A stretch of 64,000 nt of DNA from a virus. Every line of letters starts with the position of its first letter. The first letter of the stretch is position 1. The translations under genes and the position numbers were made by a program. Of this stretch, positions 35,284-46,897 are shown one piece after another. The notes beneath the pieces are model-generated. The model was not told where the DNA came from. It made no database searches and was given only the letters and a program-made list of their open reading frames with translations. The stretch covers positions 69,215-133,214 of the IMG/VR virus record IMGVR_UViG_3300036770_005816; one strand, given 5' to 3'.

Positions 35284-36489
35284 TCATAGGACTGCCATGT
35301 CTGACCAGCCTCGCGGGTCGTGTTCTCCTGTGAGGAAGGTGAGGGTGCCGGGGGTTGACCATTGTCCTGACATGTCGGTGTACCATTTGGAGCCGCCGTC
35401 GTTGGATGGGCATTGGAAGCGGTACCACGGTCCGTAGTCTTGGACTTGTAGGTGGTGTTTGTGGGCGGTTACCCAGATGTCGGGTTCTCTGCCTTCTTCT
35501 CTGAGGATGCGGATTGATTGTCCGCGTAGCCATTCGATTTCTTTGCCTGTGATTTTGTGTCCGTGGGTGAAGGCAACTTTGATGCCTGATAGCACGCTTG
35601 TGGTGGTGAATTCGTCGTGGGGGATTCGCCATTCCATGTGTTCGACTTCGGGTCTGTCTTGGAGGATGCGTTGTAGGGCGTCGGTGAGGAATCCGCCTGC
35701 GTTGTCGGAGTCTGAGGTGACGGGTTTGCCGTTTCTGCGTGTCCATTCGCCGTGGTTGCAGAGTACGGAGATGAATTCTGCTTGTTCTGCGAGGGGTGCT
35801 AGGTGGCGTACGCCTTGTGCCCATAGGTCGAGTGCGAGGAGTAGTTGTTGGCGTTGGGTGAGTTCTACGGTGAAGAGTTGGCTTGCGTAGTTGCCGTCGC
35901 ATCCTTCTACGGGGTCGCCCATGTTTACGATGGCGATGCGTTCGATGTTACGTCCTGTTTTGCGGAGTTCTTTGATGCGGGTTTGGCAGTCTTCGTATGA
36001 TTTGAGGATTCGGTTGATTGTTTCTTTTACGCCTCCTCCTGCTGATTTGCCGATTTGTTGGTCTGCCCAGCAGATGACGAAGGTTGAGGGTTTAGTGTCG
36101 GTTTTTTGTTTGATAGCAGGGTTGTAGGGTTTCCATTTTTGTACGGTTTTTCGGATATCTTCGATTTGGTCGTCTGGTAGTGCGGTGATGTTTTTGCGTT
36201 GGAATCGTGCTCGGTAGGCGTAGAGCCATATGAGGTCTCGTTCTCCGTTTTCTAGGCGTTTGGATGTTTGCCATTTGGACATGCGTACGGTGTCGTCTAC
36301 GACTTCGAAGATGTCGGGGTCTAGTCCGAATGAGCGTAGGATGCCGTCCCAGTTTCCTGTGAGGGGGATGGTGAGTGCTCCTGTTGATAGTTCTCCGCCG
36401 TCGAGTTCTACTTGTGCCCATGCTTTGTTGCCGTCGGGGAGTCCGTCGGCGTCTAGGGCTATTGAGGTGAGTTTTTCGTTGAGTGACAT
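35284..36489 (-). CDS. Mre11-like metallophosphoesterase/nuclease
   Basis: ADQQIGK, MGDPVEG, CNHGE, FTHGH, AHKHH. Confidence 0.75.
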   Translation of the reverse strand: MSLNEKLTSIALDADGLPDGNKAWAQVELDGGELSTGALTIPLTGNWDGILRSFGLDPDIFEVVDDTVRMSKWQTSKRLENGERDLIWLYAYRARFQRKNITALPDDQIEDIRKTVQKWKPYNPAIKQKTDTKPSTFVICWADQQIGKSAGGGVKETINRILKSYEDCQTRIKELRKTGRNIERIAIVNMGDPVEGCDGNYASQLFTVELTQRQQLLLALDLWAQGVRHLAPLAEQAEFISVLCNHGEWTRRNGKPVTSDSDNAGGFLTDALQRILQDRPEVEHMEWRIPHDEFTTTSVLSGIKVAFTHGHKITGKEIEWLRGQSIRILREEGREPDIWVTAHKHHLQVQDYGPWYRFQCPSNDGGSKWYTDMSGQWSTPGTLTFLTGEHDPRGWSDMAVL

Positions 36490-36786
36490 TTAGGCTCCTT
36501 GGTTGTTTGGGAAGCATTTGCATTCGTGTTGTTTGTCGCGGAAGCATTGGCGGTGGTCGGCTAGTGCTTTGCGTGCGATGCCTATTTGTTCTGCTGCTAG
36601 TGCTTTGTGTATTGCCATTGTTGGGGCTTCGGATTTCATTGCTTGGAAGAATGCGTGTTTTGTTTCGTCGTCCATGAGTGTTGTGATGCGTCCGACTGGG
36701 CAGGGTGCGCTGAGTCCGACGCTTTGTGCGCTGAGTGTTTTTAGTCGTTCGGTCAGGTTGTTTGTTGATTTTTGTTGATTAGCCAT
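36490..36786 (-). CDS. hypothetical protein
   Basis: CPVG...HRQC...CKC; directly upstream of the phosphoesterase. Confidence 0.6.
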   Translation of the reverse strand: MANQQKSTNNLTERLKTLSAQSVGLSAPCPVGRITTLMDDETKHAFFQAMKSEAPTMAIHKALAAEQIGIARKALADHRQCFRDKQHECKCFPNNQGA

Positions 36787-36931
36787 GATTTGTGTTGTCC
36801 TCCATGATGCCATAAAAGCAGTGTTTTTTAATGCTGTCAAGCACCTACAACAAATACAAAAGTAATCTTTTGCCGAGTTTCATGTTTTGGGTCAAAAAAA
36901 GACGTGCTATCAATGTGCTACGCTCCGATAA

Positions 36932-37363
36932 ATGGGGTCACCACACGACAATCGCCGTGACCATGTTCTACGCGAACCGCTAGAACGGGCGGTGGCTCAG
37001 GCGTTGGCAGATAAGGCTGATGTCAAAAAGATGGTGGAAGCGATACTTCTCGAGTTGGATGAGCAGAACCTCATCGCCTATAAGCCGAAAGGGTTTGCGA
37101 ACCTGTTCACGCCAGCAGGCAGGCTGGTGATAGTGCTGTTGGAACGACCACGCCTAACCGTTAGGGAGATGTCCGTGACACTCGGATGCTCATCTACTGC
37201 AATCATCAAGGCTATTTCTGTACTAAATAAGGACGGATTAGTTAAACGCAAGAAGAGCAGAGGTCGCTACGAATACACCCTCAACCACGAAAAAGTCGCC
37301 AAACACCCTGAACTACGCCGCCTCATAGCCCTACTCCACTCGATAGACAAAATGACACCATGA
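36932..37363 (+). CDS. winged-helix (MarR/ArsR-like) DNA-binding protein
   Basis: LTVREMSVTLGCSSTAIIKAISVLNKDGLV. Confidence 0.75.
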   Translation: MGSPHDNRRDHVLREPLERAVAQALADKADVKKMVEAILLELDEQNLIAYKPKGFANLFTPAGRLVIVLLERPRLTVREMSVTLGCSSTAIIKAISVLNKDGLVKRKKSRGRYEYTLNHEKVAKHPELRRLIALLHSIDKMTP

Positions 37364-37380
37364 CACCATGACACCACAAG

Positions 37381-37453
<73 letters not shown>

Positions 37454-37469
37454 CGAATAGGATTACACC

Positions 37470-37724
37470 ATGAAACTAGAAGCACCAGTATCAATGTTCC
37501 CTGTAATCATCGTCCAGACACGCTACGGAGGCGCATACGAAGGCGGAGAATGGTTCGCGCTCAGCAACGCAGAAGACCCAACAGAAACGCTCCTAGAGGC
37601 TCTGGGAGATGATGAAGACTGCGTAGGTTGGTTCACTGACAACGCCCACCGAATAGGAATCGGCGACAACCCGAACGATGCATATATAAACCTTTTACAA
37701 AAAGCGGTCGGCGATGCCCGCTGA
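37470..37724 (+). CDS. hypothetical protein
   Basis: 84-aa ORF (RYGGAYEGG.W). Confidence 0.6.
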   Translation: MKLEAPVSMFPVIIVQTRYGGAYEGGEWFALSNAEDPTETLLEALGDDEDCVGWFTDNAHRIGIGDNPNDAYINLLQKAVGDAR

Positions 37725-38163
37725 AAGAGCAGAAGGATACGAACCCCGATACGACATCAAAGAATACGACTTCACAAAAGACCTAGCGTTCGGACATGAA
37801 GGCGAAGAAATAGTCCGAGGTTTCCTAAACAACCTGTCAGAAGGTTCATTCGAAGTCAAATACGACCGATACCGCAATGGCAGAATCTTCGTGGAATACG
37901 AACAGAACCCGCGCAACACAGGATGGAAACCATCAGGAATCTCCGTGTCCACGGCTCGATGGCTTGTCTACATGTTTTCCCCGACATCGTTCTGCGTCAT
38001 AGAGATACCACGGCTCAAGCGATACCTGAGAAAAAACGCCGACAAATTAAAACGAGTAACAGCGGCACCAAACACCGAAAATCCAGCGAAAGGTTTTCTT
38101 CTCTACCCGAACAATGTTCAGGAGTTGATGACCTCGCCCGAATACGACCCTATTGTTGAGTGA
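37714..38163 (+). CDS. PD-(D/E)XK-like nuclease-fold protein
   Basis: DL..G..GE...FEVKYD...GRIFVEY...PSGI..S.A. Confidence 0.6.
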   Translation: MPAERAEGYEPRYDIKEYDFTKDLAFGHEGEEIVRGFLNNLSEGSFEVKYDRYRNGRIFVEYEQNPRNTGWKPSGISVSTARWLVYMFSPTSFCVIEIPRLKRYLRKNADKLKRVTAAPNTENPAKGFLLYPNNVQELMTSPEYDPIVE

Positions 38164-38488
38164 CCACCCAAGCAGAAAACGCTTCGTCGTGAACGGGAAT
38201 TACCCACACTTGGCATGAGCCGAGGTCTTTGTGTCTGTCGCCTATGAAATGCCACGCAATTTCCATTCGCGGTGAAGGGTCAGCAACACCAACATTGCAC
38301 TCAAATCCGTAGGTTTGCATAAACCATTTCACAACACAAGATGTGTCGTCGTGGCGGCAAGGTGACTCATCTTTGTTTTCGTGTGGGCATGTTATGTCGA
38401 CAACTTGCAGTTCGCTTTTGTTCAACTGACAGAAAACAATATGCCCGTCTCCATGCCAAACCATCTCACCAGTCTGAACATTTCTCAT
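38150..38488 (-). CDS. hypothetical protein
   Basis: Cys-containing ORF; start uncertain. Confidence 0.5.
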   Translation of the reverse strand: MRNVQTGEMVWHGDGHIVFCQLNKSELQVVDITCPHENKDESPCRHDDTSCVVKWFMQTYGFECNVGVADPSPRMEIAWHFIGDRHKDLGSCQVWVIPVHDEAFSAWVVTQQ

Positions 38489-38740
38489 AAATAACATCCT
38501 ACTAAATAAGATGTTCGAATACGGCTCCCCCACGCAAGGTCGTCTAAGGGTCTCCTTTGGCGCAACCGCCACAACAATTTTACCATCTACTCAAACATCG
38601 GATGGTTAGCGTTCTTGAAACGCTTCATCACTTTCCCAAAATTGAATATCAGGTATGCGACAGAAATCGGAAGAAAAAGATACCCAAATGTTTTTAGTGT
38701 TTTGTTGGTCATGAGACCAATTGTAACCAACTTTTTGGGT

Positions 38741-39022
38741 TTAGTCAACAGTTTCAGAACTTGAGGTTACCTCGGCATCTTCTTTGTTTCTGCCCGTAGA
38801 AATCATAAGACCAGCCAAAGTTCCAGTAATAAAAGTAGCCACAGACGATAGAACCCCGAAGAACATTTTGTCGTTCTCCGCTTGAGCACCTATCGGCTGA
38901 GTAACGAATACGAGGGCATAGAGAACACCAACGGTAGTAATGGTGAGAACGCCAGCCAAAACGCAACCGACAACAAATTTAAGTCGAGCATCAATTTCTG
39001 CAGGGGTTAGACGCTGTTTCAC
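38741..39022 (-). CDS. two-TM membrane protein (holin-like)
   Basis: two hydrophobic helices; in lysis cluster. Confidence 0.6.
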   Translation of the reverse strand: MKQRLTPAEIDARLKFVVGCVLAGVLTITTVGVLYALVFVTQPIGAQAENDKMFFGVLSSVATFITGTLAGLMISTGRNKEDAEVTSSSETVD

Positions 39023-39717
39023 AATTTAAACCTTTCCATGGATGTGCTTTTCAATATGTTCAAGTCAAGGTGTGCCGAGGTCATACCAAACTTTTTGCCC
39101 GCACGGTTGTGATTCGCAGCAAACTGCCAAACATCCCATGTCTTCCACCCCTTGACGGGCTGAGGGAGTTTTTGAGAATCAAACGCATAATCCGCCCACA
39201 AGGAAGGGTCTTTAGGTATTGGCTTATCCTTGAACTCGGCATCCGAGTAATACACATAGCGGGCAACCCACAGTGGACAATGGGAGATTCCAAATCTCAT
39301 GTTCACATGTGCATTCCAGAAAACTGCGTAAGTGTAAATAACTGGTGGTTTGCCCAGTGCATCGGTCGCCATTTTTACGCACATCCTGACAATCCTCTTC
39401 AACATTTTTGGTGTTGCTCCACCATGATGCTCAATGTCAATTTGTGGGACAAGTGTTGCGCCATGCTTTTTGTGGTTAGCCAAAACCATGAGCATCTGTT
39501 CAACGACATCTTCTTCTGGCTTAATGTAAACATACAGACCAAAAGGTATGCCATTTTTTCTTGCTCTGCTGCAGTTCTGCTTCAGTAGTTCATCTTCCTT
39601 AAGTCCAACATTGCTCCTGATGTAAGCAAAATCTATTCCCGAATCTTTTACCTTTTTCCAAGTTATGTTGCCTTGGTATTGAGAAACATCAATTCCTGTC
39701 ATGTAGTTGTCTGTCAT
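39019..39717 (-). CDS. GH25 muramidase (endolysin)
   Basis: GIDVSQYQG.I.W, GLYVY, DIE, YTY, LWVARY, WQF, DLN. Confidence 0.9.
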   Translation of the reverse strand: MTDNYMTGIDVSQYQGNITWKKVKDSGIDFAYIRSNVGLKEDELLKQNCSRARKNGIPFGLYVYIKPEEDVVEQMLMVLANHKKHGATLVPQIDIEHHGGATPKMLKRIVRMCVKMATDALGKPPVIYTYAVFWNAHVNMRFGISHCPLWVARYVYYSDAEFKDKPIPKDPSLWADYAFDSQKLPQPVKGWKTWDVWQFAANHNRAGKKFGMTSAHLDLNILKSTSMERFKL

Positions 39718-39920
39718 GGGTCTATCGTTTCAGTTGTTTCAGTTATTTCATTTGGGTCAAAACCCAAAAGAGTCTCCGTACACATATTGTCTACAAGACA
39801 AATTGGCGGGTTGCAGTAATCCTCTTCCCAATTCGCAGGGTCTTGACACTCGTATCTGTAATAACCGTCGTACCCGCAGGAAGCGAGAATCAGGAACAAA
39901 ATTGGCGCCAAGCGCCTCAC
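39714..39920 (-). CDS. small Cys-rich lipoprotein
   Basis: lipobox LILASC; YRYECQDP.NW...C.PP.C. Confidence 0.65.
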   Translation of the reverse strand: MRRLAPILFLILASCGYDGYYRYECQDPANWEEDYCNPPICLVDNMCTETLLGFDPNEITETTETIDP

Positions 39921-40162
39921 GCCTCGTCCCCATCAACCTTGTTGAATACCGCGTTAATTTCGTTTTCGTCAAGACTTCCATCTTTGAGATATGCACGCGA
40001 CAAACCTTCGATAACGCTGGCGACACCACCAATTCCAGCCATCCAAATTGATTTAACAATCCCCACACCAGCAATTGTTCCAGCACCAATCACACCAAGA
40101 CCTGTCGCCAAAAAAGTTGCGAGAATCCTGTAACAAATATGTTTAAACATTGCGGTATTCAT
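39917..40162 (-). CDS. putative holin
   Basis: two TM helices and charged C-terminus. Confidence 0.6.
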   Translation of the reverse strand: MNTAMFKHICYRILATFLATGLGVIGAGTIAGVGIVKSIWMAGIGGVASVIEGLSRAYLKDGSLDENEINAVFNKVDGDEA

Positions 40163-40164
40163 TC

Positions 40165-40476
40165 TTAAACCTTTTTCTTTCTTCTGGTATGAGTCTTAGA
40201 TTCAATATCGGCATGATGTGCAAGATGGTCGAAAAGAACCTCGTCGTGTCTCTCCACCTTGTTCTCGAGCCTGATGATGTGGTGAGCGATATTGTCTTCC
40301 ACTCTGTCCAAAGAACGACCAAGGTTGCTACCGATTGATTCCATTCTCTGAACAAGAGCATCGTGGTCTCGGGTGTTCTGTTCCCACTTCTCTTCATCCT
40401 TGCGTGTTCGCCGCTCGATTACAGCAACGACAAGAGCAGTCAAGCCAGATATGAAAGCAAGCGCAATCTCAATCAC
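40165..40476 (-). CDS. membrane-anchored coiled-coil protein
   Basis: N-terminal TM then helical region; lysis-cluster position. Confidence 0.55.
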   Translation of the reverse strand: MIEIALAFISGLTALVVAVIERRTRKDEEKWEQNTRDHDALVQRMESIGSNLGRSLDRVEDNIAHHIIRLENKVERHDEVLFDHLAHHADIESKTHTRRKKKV

Positions 40477-40609
40477 ACCAAGCACCCACCAGCAAGAAGA
40501 GTGAAGTTGCAATCGCAACTATCTGAGCATTCATTTTCGCAATGACACATAGAGCAGTTGCATTCCGACTTTGCGTGTGGGTTGCTCAACCGTGCGTCCG
40601 CTGTTTCCA

Positions 40610-41443
40610 TCACGCACCGATTCCAAGTTCATCAAGAACGCGCTTGCCTGCTCTCGGTCCTGCTCCATATCCCTTGGATTGCTTGAAGGCGACTACTGCA
40701 TCAGTTGTCTTCGGTCCGAAATCACCATCGATTGAACCCTTATAGAAACCTCGCTCCGTAAGTTCTTCTTGGAGTTTCGCGACACGCGGACCGCTATCGC
40801 CTGGGTCAAGGTCACCACCGTCATCTTTTGCGGCAACAGGTTCAGAGGGTGCGGCGGGTGCGGAAGCAGTTTGCGCACCCACCGCTGGAGCAGTGATGCC
40901 ATTCTTTTCCATGTATGCCTTAACCGCAGGGGGTGGGTTGTCACCGTCACAATAACGGAGGTGCCACGGTTCCTCTGGAACAACTTCCCAACTGAAACCA
41001 AAATCTTTCACATTGGCAATCAGCCACTTCAAACGCTTCGGCTCGGCTGCGGTGTGAACATCGACCGCCAAGCCGGTGTTGTGCTGACTCGTTCCAGGTG
41101 CCGCGAGACTTGCAAGTTTCGGTGATTTCTTGTACCACTTGACCCCTTGAAAGGTTCGGGTACTTGCGCCAGGAATCGGTTCTTTTTGGTAGCGCTGACG
41201 GAACGCGGCAAGTTGCGAATCAAACGACCTGTAGGTGTCACCAGAAGAAACAGGCTTCAATTCAACACCGTCAGCCTTTGCCTTCTCTACCATTGCAGCC
41301 CACGCAGCCGCGGCAAGCCAATGGAGTTTTCCTCCGCCAACCGCAGGACGCAACAGCGATTCAGGCAATTTGCCGGGTTGCGTGCCCTTCAGGTCGCGCG
41401 GTTGCGTAACCGGCTTGACGTAATCCCAATCAACTTTACCCAT
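40610..41443 (-). CDS. M15 (VanY-like) peptidase endolysin with C-terminal peptidoglycan-binding domain
   Basis: YRS..Q, AAPGTSQH..GLAVD, EPWH; L..GDSG..V..LQ..L...G....DGDFGPKT..AV..F. Confidence 0.9.
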   Translation of the reverse strand: MGKVDWDYVKPVTQPRDLKGTQPGKLPESLLRPAVGGGKLHWLAAAAWAAMVEKAKADGVELKPVSSGDTYRSFDSQLAAFRQRYQKEPIPGASTRTFQGVKWYKKSPKLASLAAPGTSQHNTGLAVDVHTAAEPKRLKWLIANVKDFGFSWEVVPEEPWHLRYCDGDNPPPAVKAYMEKNGITAPAVGAQTASAPAAPSEPVAAKDDGGDLDPGDSGPRVAKLQEELTERGFYKGSIDGDFGPKTTDAVVAFKQSKGYGAGPRAGKRVLDELGIGA

Positions 41444-41501
41444 CGTAGACCCCCATCAAAAACAGGTTCCAATATTGTACACGATAAATAAAACCTAGTT
41501 T

Positions 41502-44216
<2,715 letters not shown>

Positions 44217-44277
44217 CCACCACCCCCGAAATAACTGTTCAATTCTACATCAAAGCCGTCACCTACAATAAAAGTGC

Positions 44278-44811
44278 ATGACCACAGACAGCGTTAACAG
44301 CAATCTTGTCCTAACAAAAAACGAGTGCGACAACCTCATCGCTCAAGCGTTAAAGAAACCTTTGAACGAGGCACAGATATATCACAACGAAGGTATCGCT
44401 GAAAACAAAAACATAAGGTCAGTCAAAGGAACCGACATCACTAGCGACTCAATCAAACAGTTCGTGATGCAGTTATTCAAAAAAATGAATGCTATTGAAC
44501 TTGACATATCGGGGGTTGAGCCGATACAAATCTTCAAATACGAAAAAGGTGACCACTACGGGTGGCACACGGATTGGTCACCCGTCAACAACAAGAAAAG
44601 AAAACTCTCAATGACCATTCAGTTATCCCCCGAGGATTCCTACATTGGGGGAGATGTGGAGATTCTTGACGGCTTGGTTTCCCGTGTTGTCCCTCGGGAA
44701 ATAGGTGTGGCGACGGTTTTCCCATCTTGGGCAGTCCACCGCGTAAGACCCATAGAGGAAGGCACTAGGTGGGCGTTGGTGGCGTGGGCGACAGGTAAAC
44801 CGCTCAAATGA
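44278..44811 (+). CDS. 2OG-Fe(II) oxygenase (PKHD/P4H-like)
   Basis: Y.WHTD...RKLSMTIQL...GG...FPS...HRV.P...G.R. Confidence 0.9.
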   Translation: MTTDSVNSNLVLTKNECDNLIAQALKKPLNEAQIYHNEGIAENKNIRSVKGTDITSDSIKQFVMQLFKKMNAIELDISGVEPIQIFKYEKGDHYGWHTDWSPVNNKKRKLSMTIQLSPEDSYIGGDVEILDGLVSRVVPREIGVATVFPSWAVHRVRPIEEGTRWALVAWATGKPLK

Positions 44812-44878
44812 TTACAAACTCAGTAGGTATCAGTTTTGAGGTATAATTTCGGTAACTAATTCTGATTTGGGAGAATAA

Positions 44879-45709
44879 ATGGCTGGCGCCGGCGTAAGAC
44901 TTTTCACTGCGGGAAACATCCTGACAGCACAACAAGTCAATGAATTTCTACAAGACCAAGTTGTTTGCAGGTTCGCTGACGCTGCTGCTCGTGACGCCTC
45001 CTTTGGCGGTCTTGGGGAACCGACGCTTTCAGAGGGTCGCATTTGTTACCTCGACAGCGACAACACCCTCTATCTGTATAACGGAAGTGCCTGGGTTGAA
45101 ATTCAATCAGGGATTTCAGGAACCTCAGGACAAGTAGTTGTATACAACAGTAGTGGTGACCCGACAGCACAGACCTTAACTGGCGATGTAACCATTTCCT
45201 CATCTGCGGTCACATCGATTGGGACGGGCGTAATCGTAAATGCGGATGTAAACGCTTCCGCAGGAATAGCATTGTCGAAACTTGCCACCGGAACAGTTGG
45301 CTCAGTCGTTATCCACAATGCCTCAGGTGTACCTACGGCGACATCACTAACAGGCGATGTGACCGTCACTTCAACTGGTGTAACATCAATTACCGATAGA
45401 ACAATTGACACAAAAACGGCGAACTATACGCTTGTGTTGACAGACAAAAACAAATTCATTGAAATGAATGTTGGTTCCGCGAATACCGTATCCGTACCAA
45501 CGGACGCATCAGTAAACTTTCCTATTGGTGCACAAATAAACATCACACAGTACGGAGCAGGAAAAACTCAAGTTGTTGCGGTAACCCCTGCCACGACATC
45601 AATCAGGTCAACACCTGGCTCATACCTTCGGGCACAATACTCGTCAGCAACGCTTATCAAACGCGCCGCGAACGAATGGTATCTGATTGGTGACTTGAGC
45701 GCGTCGTGA
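44879..45709 (+). CDS. tail fibre-like structural protein
   Basis: FTAG..LTA...FA.AAARD...EG...YL.S N-terminus; LTGDVT repeats; C-terminal YTLVLTD...FPIG...LRAQYS...W.L.GDL. Confidence 0.7.
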   Translation: MAGAGVRLFTAGNILTAQQVNEFLQDQVVCRFADAAARDASFGGLGEPTLSEGRICYLDSDNTLYLYNGSAWVEIQSGISGTSGQVVVYNSSGDPTAQTLTGDVTISSSAVTSIGTGVIVNADVNASAGIALSKLATGTVGSVVIHNASGVPTATSLTGDVTVTSTGVTSITDRTIDTKTANYTLVLTDKNKFIEMNVGSANTVSVPTDASVNFPIGAQINITQYGAGKTQVVAVTPATTSIRSTPGSYLRAQYSSATLIKRAANEWYLIGDLSAS

Positions 45710-46386
45710 TTTCCGGCAATACCTCCAGTCAGGGCAAGAAGCCGTCCACGCCGACCATCGGCACGGCTACGGCAGGTAACGGTCAGGCTACGGTTGCGTT
45801 CACAGAGTCTTCGTATCGCGGTAAATCCAATTCGGGGACATATAGGGCGACATCAACGCCAAGCAGTATTCAGGGGACATGTGCATCTCCGTGTTCTTCT
45901 ATAACGGTGACTGGACTTTCAAATGGGACTGCCTATACGTTTGTCGTGAGGCTTGAAACACCGTACGGTGTAAATTCGGATAATACTGCGTCTAGTAATT
46001 CAGTTACTCCAGTAGCCCCACCGCCCTCTTTCGCCGTACCGCCCTCTTTCGCCGTACCGCCCTCTTTCGCCGTACCGCCCTCTTTCCCAATACCGCCCTC
46101 TTTCCCAATACCGCCCTCTTTCCCAATACCGCCAACATTCCCGATACCGCCAACATTCCCGATACCGCCAACATTCCCGATACCGCCAACATTCACCCAG
46201 ATTTGCGGATGCATGGAAGGAAGCGTTGGCACGAGAACATTCTGCGTGGCACCATTTTTTGCGAGAAGTTCCACTGGCTATTACACTCAGTGCAACTTCA
46301 GTCCCCCTGGATGTTCCTGTCCGGCGTGTGGCGAATGGGTGGAACTGTCAGGATATAACTATTATGAGCCTTTGTGCCCAGGATGA
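45706..46386 (+). CDS. FN3-domain protein with PP(S/T)F hexapeptide repeats and Cys-rich tip
   Basis: PTIGTATAGNGQATVAFT...ITVTGLSNGTAYTF (FN3); (PPSFAV)3(PPSFPI)3(PPTFPI)3. Confidence 0.8.
   Translation: MISGNTSSQGKKPSTPTIGTATAGNGQATVAFTESSYRGKSNSGTYRATSTPSSIQGTCASPCSSITVTGLSNGTAYTFVVRLETPYGVNSDNTASSNSVTPVAPPPSFAVPPSFAVPPSFAVPPSFPIPPSFPIPPSFPIPPTFPIPPTFPIPPTFPIPPTFTQICGCMEGSVGTRTFCVAPFFARSSTGYYTQCNFSPPGCSCPACGEWVELSGYNYYEPLCPG
46021..46194 (+). repeat. 18-bp tandem repeat, 3+3+3 units plus a partial unit
   Basis: CCGCCCTCTTTCGCCGTA x3, CCGCCCTCTTTCCCAATA x3, CCGCCAACATTCCCGATA x3. Confidence 0.95.
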
Positions 46387-46409
46387 TTCACGGATAGTAG
46401 TATTACGAT

Positions 46410-46652
46410 ATGACAAATTCATCATTCGACCCAACAATGAATCCAGAATCATTCGCAACATTCGTTTTTCTTGCCGAAGGCGAAGTATGCGGATTCATGC
46501 AGTTGCCTCTAATGTCAGAAGCAATGGTCGCTGGACTCCGTTCTGGCAATGTTTCAGTTGTTGAAATACCGACTGGAACAACAATCCCTGCAATTTTGTC
46601 GACATGGGACGGAACAAACTTTATTCCACCTAATAGCGAAACGGGTGAATGA
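46410..46652 (+). CDS. hypothetical protein (fibre-associated type)
   Basis: ends TWDGTNFIPP, as seen in small fibre-assembly proteins. Confidence 0.55.
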   Translation: MTNSSFDPTMNPESFATFVFLAEGEVCGFMQLPLMSEAMVAGLRSGNVSVVEIPTGTTIPAILSTWDGTNFIPPNSETGE

Positions 46653-46882
46653 AGAGCATGAGTGCTTGGTCTGAATATAAGAAAAAACTCGGTGAAAGTA
46701 GACCGTGGGATGCATTGAATCCGACAGAATATATTGATACGGCACTCGCCGATTCGCGATACGAGACATGTCTAGAATGCCCTAGGTTAATCAAATCGAC
46801 GAAACAATGCCGCGAATGCGGATGTTTCATGGTTTTGAAGACAAAACTTAAAAGCGCGGTATGTCCATTGGGCAAATGGTAA
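46649..46882 (+). CDS. DUF6171-like Cys-rich protein
   Basis: R..TCLEC...QCRECGCFM..KTKL..A.CPLGKW. Confidence 0.7.
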   Translation: MKSMSAWSEYKKKLGESRPWDALNPTEYIDTALADSRYETCLECPRLIKSTKQCRECGCFMVLKTKLKSAVCPLGKW

Positions 46883-46897
46883 TGAGAGAAAAACTTT

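Noticed and set aside
46021-46194. Possible CRISPR array
   Set aside because: The 18-bp units are contiguous with no unique spacers and are in frame within a CDS; no cas genes are present.
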